NCBI GenBank assembly: GCA_021613535.1 | Contig: CP075496.1 | Coordinates: 2,852,001-2,916,000 of the forward strand | Length of the DNA: 64,000 bases | Direction: 5' to 3' | Source of the DNA: Adineta vaga | Lineage: Eukaryota > Animalia > Rotifera | Part shown: piece after piece, positions 31,811 through 45,823 of the stretch | Layout: each line of letters begins with the position of its first letter | Position numbering within the stretch: the stretch's first letter is position 1 | Notes under the pieces: model-generated | Seen by the model: the letters and a program-made list of their open reading frames with translations, nothing else | Database searches by the model: none | What the model was told of the DNA's origin: nothing | Translations under genes and position numbers: made by a program

Positions 31811-33458
31811 ATGTCGAACGATCGTGAACATCGTGATTCACCACCAGATTTTGGTGATGATGATGACAACAAAGATGATGATCAAATGTTTAAATCAGCA
31901 TCATTACCAGTTACCGATGATATTCCATTAAGTGAAGATGAAGAAAGTGATGAAAATCCATTTAGTGAAAAGAAATCAACAACAAATATTCTCGAATCAT
32001 CAAACAATAATAATGAAACATCATTAAAAATTTCATCGGTTACACCAATTGCGGTATCAGAATCTCAATCATTAAGTTCAAATAAACAAGATACAGAAAT
32101 ATTTCCAAGTGATCCAGCTATTAATTCAACAGATTCATTGGAAAATCAAATCTCAACAGCATCTGCAATTAGTAAAAAATCTGAAACCAATGAAACAAAA
32201 GGTGTTACTACAAATAGTAAATTAGGTCATAAGCCAGTTGAAGATCATAATATTGAAATAATTATTAGTGATCCTACAAAAGTTGGAGAAGTATGTTGAC
32301 TATTGCTCTAACAAAATTGATTTTGTTGAAAAGAAAATTTTGATTTCATAGGGAATGTCATCGTATATGACATATCGTATAACAACAAAAACGTCATTGG
32401 CAATGTTTAAAAAAAATGAATTTACAGTAAATCGTCGTTTTAGTGATTTTCTTGGTTTACATAATAAACTTGTTCATAAACATCTTCAAATGGGTGTCAT
32501 TATTCCATCACCACCGGAAAAAGATTCATTATCGATGGCTAAAATAAAAATTTCGAAAGAAGAAGCAATACCATCGGATTTTATTGATCGTCGTCGTTCT
32601 CAACTTGAACGATATTTAAATCGTTTAGCACGTCATAAAACTTTGATTCAAGATCCAGATTTTCGTGAATTTATTGAAATGCCTGGTGATTTACCTAAAT
32701 CAAGTAATACACAAGCGTTAAGTGGTGCAGGTGTTCTTCGTGCTCTATCAAATATTACTAATCAAGTGACAAAATTAACAAGTAAAACAAGTGAACAAGA
32801 TCAATGGTTCGAAGAAAAACATTCGTTTATTCTTGATTTACATACACATTTAAAAAATCTATTTAATCATTTAAATCTTCTATTCAATCAACGAAAAGAA
32901 GCTGGACAAGCACTGAAATCTCTTTCAACATCTTTAAATCATCTCGCAACAATTGAAGAACATACATTATTATCAAGTGCTTTGATTGAATTAGCAAATG
33001 TTGAAGAAAAACTTGAACAAGCAACAAATGATCATTCATTAAAAGAATATAGTGTTATTAGTGAATTGATTAAAGAATATATCTCATTATTAGAAATGGT
33101 TCAATTAGCATTTCAAGAACGTATTAAAATTCATCAACAATGGTTACAAGCTGAAGATGCATTACGAAAAAAACGTGAAGCAAAAACTAAATTAGAACAA
33201 ACACCCAAAGGTGCGGATAAATTACCTCAAATAGAAATGGAAATCAATGAATGGGATGGAAAAGTTCTTCGCGGAAAAGAGGATTTTGAACAAATAACAA
33301 ATTCAATTAAACAAGAAATTGATGTTTTCGAAGAAACACGTATTGAAGATTTTAAGAAAGCAATTGATCTATATTTAAAACAATTTTTAGAACAACAAGA
33401 AAAAATTTTAGAAATTTGGGAAAATTATTTACCTGAAGCAAATAAAATCAATCTTTAA
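31811..33458 (+). CDS. SNX1: Sorting nexin 1/2 (PX-BAR)
   Basis: ISDPTKVGE|GMSSYMTY, VNRRFSDFLGLH, IIPSPPEK, BAR domain and terminal WENYLPEA; one intron at about 32291-32351. Confidence 0.93.
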
Positions 33459-33739
33459 TACATTTTCATTCGTTTTTTAATGTCCAAAAACGACAATTGT
33501 GATTATTAGTAGTATTCTTATTATCTCTCTCTCTCTATTTTTCTCAAGTCATATTTTTATCTCCGATTGTTAAACAATGCTTAATCTCTTCTTCTTCTTC
33601 TTCTTCTCTAACCATCTTAATGCATTCCATGCTTTGATATTTCTATACGTGTGCGTCTATTTGTGTGTGTATGCGTGTGTTAACATTGAGAAAAGAAAAA
33701 AAAACATGAACAGAATTTTAATGTGGGTTTCATTTATAG

Positions 33740-34887
33740 ATGTATTTTATCTATCAATTACTTATCGTAAGTATTTTAATCAAATTATATGTTGGTCAAC
33801 AAAGCTCAGTGCAAATACAAAAAATTGAAGCTGATCCGCCGAATCCAAATGTTGGAGAAGGTTTAAAAATTCGTTGTTTTTTAATTAATGTCGATCCATT
33901 TGCACAATATCCAACACAAGTCTTATGGAGTATTCGACGATTTAGTAAGAAAAACATCTTTTACTCTATCGATTAAAGAAATAAACATTTTTCTTCTTAG
34001 GCCAAGATCGTGATTTTCGTATATTAGCATATGGTGGTTCTGTTCGTGATACATTGAGTGGTCGTGTTAGTGCACGAAAAGAATCGGAAGAAGTTTACGA
34101 AATTGTTTTTCGTCCTGTACAAGAATCAGATTCAGGTATTGTTCGTTGTGAATTAGCTAATACGGAAGCTCAAGTACGTCTTGAACAAATTATCAATGTA
34201 CTTGTTCCACCATCTATTGTGTATATAACTGCTGATGTACAAGTACGTGCTGGTGATCCTGTAACACTTGAATGTCGTGCACAAGGAAATCCACCACCAT
34301 TGATTATGTGGATTCGACAAGGACAAGAATATCCAACATCTTATAGTGGAATTTATACGATTGAAAGTGTTAGTCGAGACGATCGTGGTTTATATAAATG
34401 TGTTGCTGAACAACAAACAGGACAAAAATTAACGGCAGAAAATTATGTAAATATATTTGTTGATTTTGATCCAACGGTTATATGCGATCAAGTTATTGTC
34501 GAACAAGTACCGAATATCAATGCTGATGCTGAAATTACATGTTTAGCCGAAGCATATCCAATGAATGTTTTAAAATGGGAATTCTCTCAAGGAAATACAA
34601 ATGTTCGTCGTGCAATATCGAGTGGTGCGAAATATCGTATTGATACAAATGTTGCCTCAGATTCTATTGATAGTCGATATGGAAGTCGCTTAATTATAAA
34701 AAATGTTGAACCCAATGATTTTGGTAAATATACTTTAATTGTTATGGATGAAAGTAAACGACAAGCAAGTGCTTGGACGGAATTACGACCTGGCTCATAC
34801 ATTCGACCATTTAATCAATCAATTATTCATTATTCTTCACCATTTCTGATATTTTTATGTCTGATTCTTTATACTCTTTTTCAATGA
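33740..34887 (+). CDS. Three-Ig-domain cell-surface protein, lachesin/DIP-like, probably GPI-anchored
   Basis: Signal peptide, Ig motifs VTLECRAQGNPPPLIMW, DRGLYKC and DFGKYT, hydrophobic C-terminus; one intron at about 33945-34000. Confidence 0.85.
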
Positions 34888-35010
34888 TCTCAATCGACTC
34901 TTTTTTTTAATCATTCCATTGTTTATATTAATGTGTCTTTTTTATATAATATTAGTTTCGAATTAGTTACTTAATAATAAAATCTTAATCAAATAGCGAA
35001 ATTATTCTAA

Positions 35011-35931
35011 TTAAAGTGGTCCAAGTGTATAAATATCGTTATACCATCCATGATCATGCCACCCACCAAATAACCACATAGATCCATTATAGAAAACAGC
35101 ACTATGTCCTTCACGTGCTGTTGGAACATTTTCATTTAGTTTCAATTGTTGCCATCTATGTGTTTGAAGATTTAGTACAAATAATTCATTACTTCTTTGA
35201 ATACCAACATAACCTCCAAACATATAAAGATTTTCATTTACTAAAATACAAGTATGACGACCACGTTTTGCTGGTATAACACGTGAATCATTATTATATT
35301 TTAATTCTGTCCATTCTAATGTTTGAAAATCAAATACATGACAATCATTAAATTTTCCACAACCTAAACCGCAAACGATATAAAGATGATCATTGTATAT
35401 ATGTACACCACCATAGGAACTTCGACGTGGTGGTGGGTTGCGTTGATTCACAACAGACCATTGATTTGTTTTGAATGAAAAACGATACATATCATTGAAT
35501 TTATTATCTCCAATTCCACCAAAAAGATACATATAATTTTTATAAACAACAACTGAATGAGCACTACGAGCACGTGGAGGATTTGTACAATGAACTATTT
35601 CCCATTCATTTCGATCGAATAGATAACGATACATATCATTTAATTTACCTGAAGAATCCCATCCACCAAAAATATACATCACATCTTCATAAACACAAGC
35701 ACTATGTTTACATCGTTTCGATGGAAGTTTCGATTCATCTTTAGGTATAATTTCTGTCCATTGATATGTATCAAAATCAAATTTAAACAAATCATTCGAT
35801 CGATGTTCACCTAATCCACCAAATACACACATAGAATTATTATAAATAACTGCACTATGACCACTACGTGGCGAAGGTGTTTTATTCACTGTTAAAATTC
35901 GTGCCCATTGAAGATCGCTATTCGCCGACAT
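35011..35931 (-). CDS. Intronless six-blade kelch-repeat protein
   Basis: Six repeats of P..R..H.....Y.FGG....ND......W; 306 aa with no accessory domain. Confidence 0.92.
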   Translation of the reverse strand: MSANSDLQWARILTVNKTPSPRSGHSAVIYNNSMCVFGGLGEHRSNDLFKFDFDTYQWTEIIPKDESKLPSKRCKHSACVYEDVMYIFGGWDSSGKLNDMYRYLFDRNEWEIVHCTNPPRARSAHSVVVYKNYMYLFGGIGDNKFNDMYRFSFKTNQWSVVNQRNPPPRRSSYGGVHIYNDHLYIVCGLGCGKFNDCHVFDFQTLEWTELKYNNDSRVIPAKRGRHTCILVNENLYMFGGYVGIQRSNELFVLNLQTHRWQQLKLNENVPTAREGHSAVFYNGSMWLFGGWHDHGWYNDIYTLGPL

Positions 35932-36129
35932 TTTTTATGAGTAGAATAAAACTGTTTTTCTCATTCTTTTAAAAGCTTTCGATTTATCAAAGTCCTAGTT
36001 ATCTTTCTTCATTTTATTATTTTCGGCGACAATAAAAGAAGGTAAGAAAAGATTTTTAGTTAGTTGCTTTTTTTCTTCTAAAGTGATAGTATTTATTCTT
36101 ATTATTGTCTTTGTTTTTTACTATAAAGG

Positions 36130-38338
36130 TTAATAACCACTATCATTGTCCAGTGATTTGCTACGTGCATAGGAAAATGAACTATGATTTTCATTCATAA
36201 TTAATGACTAAATAGGAGAGAAAAAAATCAGTTAAATTCACGTAATACAACAAGATTTCTTATTACCATTTTTTCATCTTTTGCTGGTGGATTTCGCAGA
36301 AAAAGCATCAAGGGTGCATAGCAAAGACCAATAAATGCAATAATATGGAGCATACCACGAAAACCAAATGCATGCACAATAAAACCACTCATCGCAGGAC
36401 CTAAATATACAAATATACATATAATTGAACAAACTTGGTTAGTAAAATTAAGTGTTACCTATTGCAAAACCGAGACAAAATGCAACGTCAGCAATAGCAT
36501 AAACACTTCCGTAAACCGATGCATGACGAATATCAACTAAATAACCCATTGTTGGCATCATTGATGAATCAACCATTCCAATAGCAAAACCAAGTATACC
36601 ATTGGGAATAATTAAACCGTAGATACTTGTGGCCATTGGAACACCAACTAACGCAACTGATATAAGAATCATACCAATCATACAGCATAACCATCTACAA
36701 TGAGAAATATATAATAATCGAGAAATCTTCTATTAACTCTCTTACCTTCCCATTTTATGTGCCATTGGACCAAATAAATTTGTACCAATTAAATATGAAA
36801 TCGAAGCTGGTAAAAATGCTGCTCCTAAAATTCATAATTGATCTAGAGAAAACGTATGGAATTTGGTTTAAAAGAATTTACCTTGTTGAAATTCACTAGC
36901 TCTCATTGTTGTCATCATCCAAATAGGTAATGAAGGTTCCATCATTGCTATACCAACATTACCAAATGAAATTGCACCTAGTTGAATTATAAAAACAAAA
37001 TATTTGAATTTATTCGAAAAAAATTTCTTTACCGGCAGCGACAAGAATATATGGATCTTTGATAAGTGTTTTCAAAGAGGCACCTTCGACTGGTTCACCA
37101 GATACACCAGGTTGTAATACTGTTAATTGTAGTACTATTCAATCAAACAAAAAAAGACAATTCTATTTACTTAAATTAATACTATCTAACAAATTAAACT
37201 AACTTCCATCAAATAAACCTAATGCTGCTAAGACTAAGAATGGCGATGCTTTGCTTACATATTCATACATAAAACCTCCAAATGGTGGACCAACTAAAAA
37301 CACAAAAATAAAGTATAAGGAAATAAAATCTTCCAAAATTTTTACCTAATACACCAAGTGCCAATCCACCTAAGGCTGTGCCCATTGCTTTACCTCGTTC
37401 TTCATCATCGGGATATCGATCAGCTAACATTCCAAGACCTAATTATACAAAAATAAACAATTCTATTGATATTTTCGTCTCTCCTTTGTATTTATTAACC
37501 TGATACACTCGAACAAGCAGATCCAACGCCCTGTATTGCTCGAGCTAAAAACAATAGACCAAAACTTTTACTAAAAACAAAAGCTAGAAAAGACGAATTA
37601 TTTTCCGTTTAAATAATTATAATTGATGAATAACAATTTGATTCATACTCATTGTTGAGACAAACATAATAACAAATCCAGTAAACATTGGAATACTATA
37701 ACCAATTCTATTTAAAAAGTCCATGATTGACATATCTTTTTAATTAGTAATTAGTATATATCTTACCGATTTGTTAATGGTCCAATAAATGGATTTGTTA
37801 GTAATTGAACAAAAGCTTTTGATGCAAACATTATTCCAACCCATCGATTTTCCTTCAAAAAAAAACATAAAAATTCATATCCGTTCATTTATTTTCCTTC
37901 TTCGTTATACATTCTCTAAAATAGTTGTTCGTTCATTATTTTCATTTTCTGTTCGATTCAACGCCCAAGTGACTGTCCAGTTGCAAGAGGTACGAAGAAT
38001 TTGTTGAAGATGATCAGTATGTTGAATAAAATAATTTCGATGACGAAATAATTCTGATCTTGAACAATTTTTCGCTAAAAACTTGAATGTATCATCCATT
38101 GTAGCTTTGGGATTGTCCAAATGATAAAGATAATCCGGAATAATGGGGACTTTTCGAGAGAAGAAAACCGTAAATCAATAATTATTGATGGACAATGAAG
38201 AAAACAAAACTTACCGACGGTAGTTAAAAGCATATTATCGAGAAAGAGAGCAACGAAGACAATAAATAAAATAAGAACACGTGATGACCGCCATGTATAC
38301 CAAAATTCTCTTAGAGAATGCATAGTTAATTCTGGCAT
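36130..38338 (-). CDS. VMAT: Vesicular monoamine transporter (SLC18A1/2 type)
   Basis: [11 protein letters not shown] (VMAT-type rather than VAChT LDNMLYMV), [16 protein letters not shown] and [31 protein letters not shown]. Confidence 0.93.
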
Positions 38339-38598
38339 GTTAAGTCAAGGAATGATGAATTTTTTTCTCTGTTAACTAAAAAAAGAGAATAAGATTGAGA
38401 TGTAATGATTAGAAAACGAATGGATCACTTCATTTTATAATTATATTAGCGACAGAGAGAGAGAGAGAAAGAGAAAACTATATAATTGATATGTCATAAA
38501 ATGATCTCTAGAACGACTGAATAGATTTGTAACCTGAATGCATTTATAGAGGATAGAAATAGAAGAAGAGCAGAGAACTAAACGAATAAAGAAAAAAC

Positions 38599-38630
38599 GA
38601 TGATGAAGATGATGATGATGATGATGATGA
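38599..38630. repeat. (GAT)n microsatellite
   Basis: Direct run of gat triplets with one interruption. Confidence 0.85.
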
Positions 38631-40010
38631 TAATAAGTGTTTGCTTGTTTGCTAAGTTTTTGCTTATGCTCTCATTTTCTGTGATCGATAGATAGGCTTC
38701 CGGTGAGACCACAAATCTTGTCAAACGTTGGACCCGATCTGTCATTGCTTTTCCTCCTATTGTTTTTTGACCGTCAGAGTGTCGTTTAACGTATTTATCG
38801 ATATAATTGTTCTGTCGTGTCGTTTGTCTTTGTTCTATCCCATATATAGCCATCACCAAAATCACATTGCTCTAAGATTGCAATTATTCTCCTCGTTGTT
38901 CAAGACTATGATTTAGTATTTATGGATTCATTGACAAAGAGAAAAAAGAATATCGAGAGACGACATAAAAAAAAGAGAAAAGAAATGTCAACTACAGACC
39001 TATATACACACACGTCAAAATTAAAGTATGGAAAAAAATGGGCGAATTGACAATGTACTTTCAAGTAGATTTTATTTGTTCCGTTGAAATATGTGACAGA
39101 CGAAGTCATTGACGTCTTTAGATGAATCCGTTATTTAAATGCATAGCTCTCTAAGAATAGAAAATGAGCAAGAAGTGGAAAAAGAACAAGCGAATAAAAA
39201 CCAAATTTCAGAAGACATTTTTCTTTCTCTAACAATTGATTAGGGAACAAACACACCTCTATACAAAGGAAATCATCATAGTGCATCTGTTGTTCATCAT
39301 CAAAATGATCGAAAGACAAATAAAATCTTCTCTGTTCGATTTCAAACAATTTTCTTTCCTGAAATCAAAACATACTCGATTATATTTTTCGTTTCTTTTC
39401 TACTAATCTTATCCTATTAAAAAAATCTTTTCCAACAAAACTCGTCATTCGTATTAAAGAAGAGATTAAAAGAGAAGAAGAAGGGAAATTATCCTTGTGA
39501 ATATAAGAACAAATGATCAGAAATCAGCAAATCACGGAATGTCGTTTTCTCTTGCTTATCTGTTTGTCTGTCTTTCTTCTTTCTTCTTCTTTTTTGATCA
39601 AAATTATATGAATGCTTTGGGTTTCCTTTGGAAATTTGATCATATAGACATCTATAATTATATCCATATGAAATATTCGGGTGTCATTCAAAGAATCACA
39701 CGAGTTACTATGATAATTCACTAGTCGAGTGAACAACAGACGAATAATAATGACAATAACAGCAACAACGAAAGAAAAAACACAGAGTGATAAGAAAGAA
39801 AACGATGGCATCAAGATGACGATGATCATCTTCTGCATGATGACGACTTCTTCCGATTAGCATAGATAGAATCACGCTTACAAAAGAAAGAGACTTCGAT
39901 GATGCGTTTGTCATGCATATAAACAAACAAAATGAGATTGATAGACAAAAATCAAAGATTTTTTTAATTAACTTTTCATCTCAAAAAAAACAACAACAGA
40001 AAGAAAATAT

Positions 40011-41280
40011 TTAGATTTTATCCATTAAAACAAAACTAATTATCATTGTTAATATATGAATAATAAAATTTGTACCACTACATATAAATATTAACAAAAA
40101 CAATGGAAATAATGTATTTGAATTCACTTTCGGTTGAATATTATATTCCGATATTGTCTAAAATATAAACAAGAAGATACTTGAGAATAAAACATCAAAT
40201 TTCTTTACTTTGTAAGTCATATAACCTATATATATAATATGTAAAAATGATAATATATGAAAAACAATCGATATAAACCAATGATGAAGTTTATTATTTG
40301 CCTAAAAGAAATTCAATAGAAAAATATTCATTTACTTTTATTGTTTTTTTGTTTTTATAGAATTTAACAAACAATAAGTATTCCTAAACATAACCATATT
40401 AAAGCTAAACTAATTCCAATTCCGATAAAAATCATTTGTGAACTATTCAATTCTATTTGATTACGAATGTTTAAAATAAATAAAGAAATCTAAATAAAAT
40501 ATGAGGATAGTCATTATATAAAGTGATTAAGAACGATATCTTACGATTAAAAGAAAATCAAGATATAAAAACCAAGAAAATGTTGTTGATCTTGGATATA
40601 TAATTTCTTCATTAAATCTAAAAGATTAATATATAATTTAGAGATAAATTATAGAAATGATTATACGGATTATCTATTCGATATTTATGAACAATTGCAT
40701 TTGTCCATGGAAGGAATAAAATTAATAAGACTACAACTAAACCCAATCGAATCTATTAATGAAAAAGATGAAGAACATATTATAATCTATTTTATATGAA
40801 CTATACTGTTATCAGATAGAAATCTGTTTTTGAATGATTAGAAAATAATAAAAATCGAATATAAAAATGGATACCAGTATAAGCAGAAAGTAGAATAATA
40901 GTTATTGTAGTTAACAAAGCATTTGTAAGGCCTAAATAGAAATTGATTTTACATTATCTATTAAAAGAGAAAATTTACGACAAAAAATTGCTGTTGCAAG
41001 AATTGAAAATAAAGCACAAACTAATTAAATAAAGAAAAGTAAGTTATCATTATGAGAAGAAAAAGCACGTTAATCGATAAAACAAACTTGAATGAATAAT
41101 TAAAAGAAGACAAAATGCAAATTCATGATTTTCTTTTTTCATCGTATGAATTTGTTCATAAGTAAGAATAAGAATGACAGAAATTATTCCTATACCTATG
41201 AAGGAATAGAACCATCGTTGAAAACGAAAATTTCTATTTAAAATTTGAAGTTTTTCTTTTGAAAAAAGTTCATCCTTCAT
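40011..41280 (-). CDS. Unrecognised polytopic membrane protein, paralog B
   Basis: Multiple hydrophobic exons with GT-AG introns; aligns by eye with the gene at 47080-48419. Confidence 0.7.
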
Positions 41281-41821
41281 TTTAATAAAACTATCTAGAA
41301 CTACGAAGATGAAGACAATATGTTCTTTCGTTCATTAAGTAAATATACTGAACATATACATTTGACAAATTCTTTTATTAAGATGAAGTACGTGTCATTA
41401 GATTATTGGATCTATTTTATTTTCTCTTTCAATGATAAATATTTACTAATTGAAAGAAAATTTGATTTCTATTGATTATTGTACGTGTTTAGATATGTGA
41501 ACATTCTCTCTCTCTCTCTCCTTTATATTATCTATCAAGGTCTAGAAGAAAAAGTACCAAGGTATTTATACAAAAAGATTTTGAGAGATAAACATTCATT
41601 CGTGACACAAAATAACTTCTTCGAGCTATTTTTTTGCTAAACAGATTGTGAACAGTAATACTGGATAACGGATATTTCACAATCGTTTGAAACACTTGCG
41701 TTAGTTTATTTTTAAAAATAAATGAAAATTTCAAGCATAATAAATATGAAAAGCTCGCAGCACCATTCACACTACCATATATATATATATGAAAAAAAGA
41801 AAATCGAAATTTTGAAGGCAG

Positions 41822-44800
41822 TTACATCATATTATCTGATGATGTTTGAATTGACTTATGTTGTGCTTCAACTTCTTCTTCATTTATACTTGAATTTTCA
41901 TCATCTTCAGCAATATTTGATAATGTTATATGTGTTATACTTAATTGTTTCATTAGTTGAACGGAATTAGGATTCAAATCATTCGAAAGATTTGCTGTTA
42001 AAATAGGTGCAGAATTTGATGTTGATAAACCTTTTTCTATTGGCATTGTATTTGTTATATTTGGCATGGATGATGTTGTCGTTGTATCATTAAATTCTAT
42101 TGCACTGTCAATTGAACGAACTTTTTTTAGAGTTGAATGAAAATTCTTTTTAAATAAATGGAAATTTTCACGAACTAATGGATTTGTATCACGTGTTATA
42201 GATGATAATAATTCTCCAACAACAAGAACACCTTCATTGAGAAGAAGACTATTTTTAGCTAAATCATCACGTGTTTCATCTAATCGATTCATCATTTCAA
42301 AACGTAACATTTGAATATCTTGTTTAAGTTCTTCAAAATCACCTTCACGAATTTCATCTTGTTCTTCACGTTGTTTATGTAAGAGAAAACGTTTTATAAC
42401 TCGTTCCATCACTTTTCGATAAGTTAATGTTTGACTAAGATCAACTGATTTTCGACGTCCACCATAATGATTATTATTTGTCATATTCGATGTTTGACCG
42501 TTTGGTATAGTTGCAATCGGAGTATTTTTATTTAAATTTCCTTTCGGAACATTTCCTGGTGGACGTTGAATCACTACCGGTACATTATGATGATTATCCG
42601 GTGAACCATTTTGTTCAAGTGGATTGGAAGGAGATTTCTTTTTATAATGACAAATTCGTTGATAAAGTTGAATAAAATTTTCTGGTGTTGGTATGATATT
42701 GAATGGTATAGGTAAGATTCCACCTAGGAAAAATGAGCTTCATTCATTCATGTCCTTTCTTTTTATTTCATATGTAGAAAGAGTAAAAATAAATCTTTCC
42801 TACCTTCTTTAATATATTCCATATAAAGTTTACTTCGAGCAAATTTCCATTCAACATCTGCGTGTTCCTCAATAGTTTCATATGATTTTGACATCATAGC
42901 AATAAGCATATTAAGTAAGACAATAACACTTGCAATATTAAATGCTCCATAGATTAAATAACCAATTAATTCTGTGAAACGATTTTGATATTCTCCTAAT
43001 TTAACTCCATTTTTTTCTGAGAGACCAAATAATGACCAAAAGACAGTTTTAAACGTGGCACCCATTCTAAAATTTGACAATTTTTTATTATTATTATAGT
43101 ATAGAAAACTATGAAGAAACATACGTTCCAAAATATGTTTCGGCAGGTAATTCTGGATCATCTGTACCAAAAATATGTGGCTGAATTTCAACATTTCCAC
43201 GTACATCTTTACTATAATACCAAAATAAATTATTCAAACCAAACATAAATCCACAGAAGATAATAAGAAATATAATGATAAATTTTCCAATATCCTAAAA
43301 AGATAAAATAGAAATAAAATTTCTTTTTCCTTTCCGAATACAGACCGACATCATTCGACCAAGTGAAATTTGTAATGGTCCAAGATGTTGAAATGCTGGT
43401 AAAAGAAAACAAATACGTGAAAAACTAAAAATATTTGCAATAGCAAAGAGTCCTTCAGCAACATTAACAGGATCAAATGGAATCCAAAAGAAACGATCTA
43501 CAATTATTTCAAAACAAATCTTTAAAATTATCCAACAATCATATTTTCACTTACCTGCATTTAACCAATACAATGTTCGATAAATATTTTCTTGATTTTC
43601 TGCTGTTGAATTATATATAGATTCAATACGTAAATCAAATCGATTACTATTCAATATATTAGTAGAATTTTGTACCTAAACAAAAGCAAATATTCGCTTG
43701 AATTAATAATTCATTCAGAGAGAATCGATTCTCCTAAAAGAGAGACCGACTAATCCATTTGCTATTATCCCTCCCGTGCTTGGAAAATAGAAAATCTTAC
43801 TTCATAAAAAACATAATATTTCAATGCAAATGATGATAAATAAAGAATATTCATACATGAATCCACAATATTATTCCATGATAGAAGATAATCTTTTAAA
43901 CCATCTATATAACATTGTTTGATTTCATGCCAAAGAAAACCTAAATAAATGATGAAAACATTATTAATCTTTTCATTTTAATTTCTATAGAATATTTTTT
44001 ACCAAGAATAAAGATCGATATTGTAATATCAATCCATGTTGGACTATGATGTCGAAAATAGAAATCATTATTTCGTGGAAAATAATAACATGCACTTGAA
44101 TTATAAATTTCACAAAAATTTCTTGCTTGAATAAATGATTCGACAATTTTCGGATAATTTGCACTTAATCTTATCATTGGTTTCTGAAATTCATTTGCAA
44201 ATAATAAACTCGATAAGATTATCAAAATAATAAAGATGCCATAAGATATTGTATGACCAAGAAATTTAATACAAGGTTGTTTAAGAAATTTCTGTAACTA
44301 AGATTAGAAACAAAAAGAATCAAAATCAAATTTGTTTTTTTTTGTTCAAAGAAAAGATTTCATTCGTACTTTAATCGTTCGTTGAGTTGATGATGATATT
44401 ATATAACATATACAAACAAATGGTAATGTAAATATATAACCAAAAATTAATAAGAAGATAATTAAAGGATTCAATTTGAATATATTACGAATATCACCAT
44501 GCCAAATTTCAACTAATTTCTGTTGACAATTCGAATGAGCAACAAACTAAACGAGAAATGAATATGTGTGTTTATTATTTTTATCAAAATAATTCTATCT
44601 ACCGGTTTTTCTTCATATTTTATTGCAAGATAAAGTCGTGCTAATAGAACATATTTTTCTTCTGTTTCTTTTCCTGTTTTTCCTAAAACACAATCGAGTT
44701 CTTTATGACCACGAACTTTATCTAATAATTTCACAGCATATGCACTTAATTGATCTGCTAAATTGATATATTCATTCTAAATATAATTCATAAGAAGAAG

Positions 44801-45823
44801 AAAAAAACAAAAGAGAAAAACTAAGAATTTTACTTTGAAATATTTTTCTTTTCCAGATAAATCTCTCAATTCATGACCAAGTTCAAATGCTGTTAGAATT
44901 GGATCAATCGATGCTAAACTAATATAACTTTCACTTGCTAAACCACGATAAGCATTTAAACGTGATTGAGCATGACGTAAAGAATCAAATTTAAATTTAT
45001 TATGACATTCTTGACATTTACAATGATAATCATGTGGTTTTGTTATTCGATCACCATCACGTAATAATAATTGAACTAGAAAAGACTAACTTTCATTGGA
45101 AGTACAATATCAGATAGTTCAATTACCGATTTCAGTTCGATTGTATTGTGATGCTAGAATTAATGGTGTTATATCAGGTGCAAATTGTGCATCATCCGAT
45201 GATGGTGTTTGCCAAAAAGCATCATCTTTGAAGATTTTTTTTTCATTTAAATTCTTAAATTTTGGATGTCGTAAACAAGCTTCAGCAATTTGAATATGTC
45301 CAAGATAGATTGCTAATAATAATGCTTCACGCATTTTTTGACCATCACACTGTGCTAAGAGAAGTGTAACAACCTGGGTAATAAAGTAAACAAATAAATA
45401 TATATATATATGGAAAGAAGTCAAGTATTTTTATACTTCGAGGTGTTCATTTTCAATAGCTAATCGCATTGATGTTCGACCTAATTGATCAGTAACATCA
45501 ATATTAAATTTGGGATTTTCTTCAAGTATTCGATTCACTGTATTATAATCTCCATTTTCACATGCATGTACAAATTGTTCGTTGATATTGATTTCCTAAC
45601 AAAAAAAAGCAAAAGACAATTTAATCACTTAGAAAAATCTCATTTAATTTACGCCATTTTTAGCACCATTATTATAAATTTGTTTATATAAACTAGTTCT
45701 TCCACCAGTAAAATTCACTCCACGATTCCCACCACCACCACGTCTACGCATATTAGCTTGTGAACGAGCACTAAAGCGTCTTGCTTGCACAGTAGCTAAA
45801 GCACCACTACTCATTGTAGACAT
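41822..45823 (-). CDS. TRPC-family cation channel
   Basis: Ankyrin repeats, [39 protein letters not shown], pore [20 protein letters not shown] box EWKFARSKL and a C-terminal coiled coil. Confidence 0.96.

Noticed and set aside
39110-39118. CRE-like TGACGTC upstream of VMAT
   Set aside because: Imperfect 7-mer that is expected by chance.
38578-39926. Several short hydrophobic ORFs upstream of VMAT
   Set aside because: Driven by microsatellites and T-rich composition; more likely VMAT 5' UTR or regulatory DNA.
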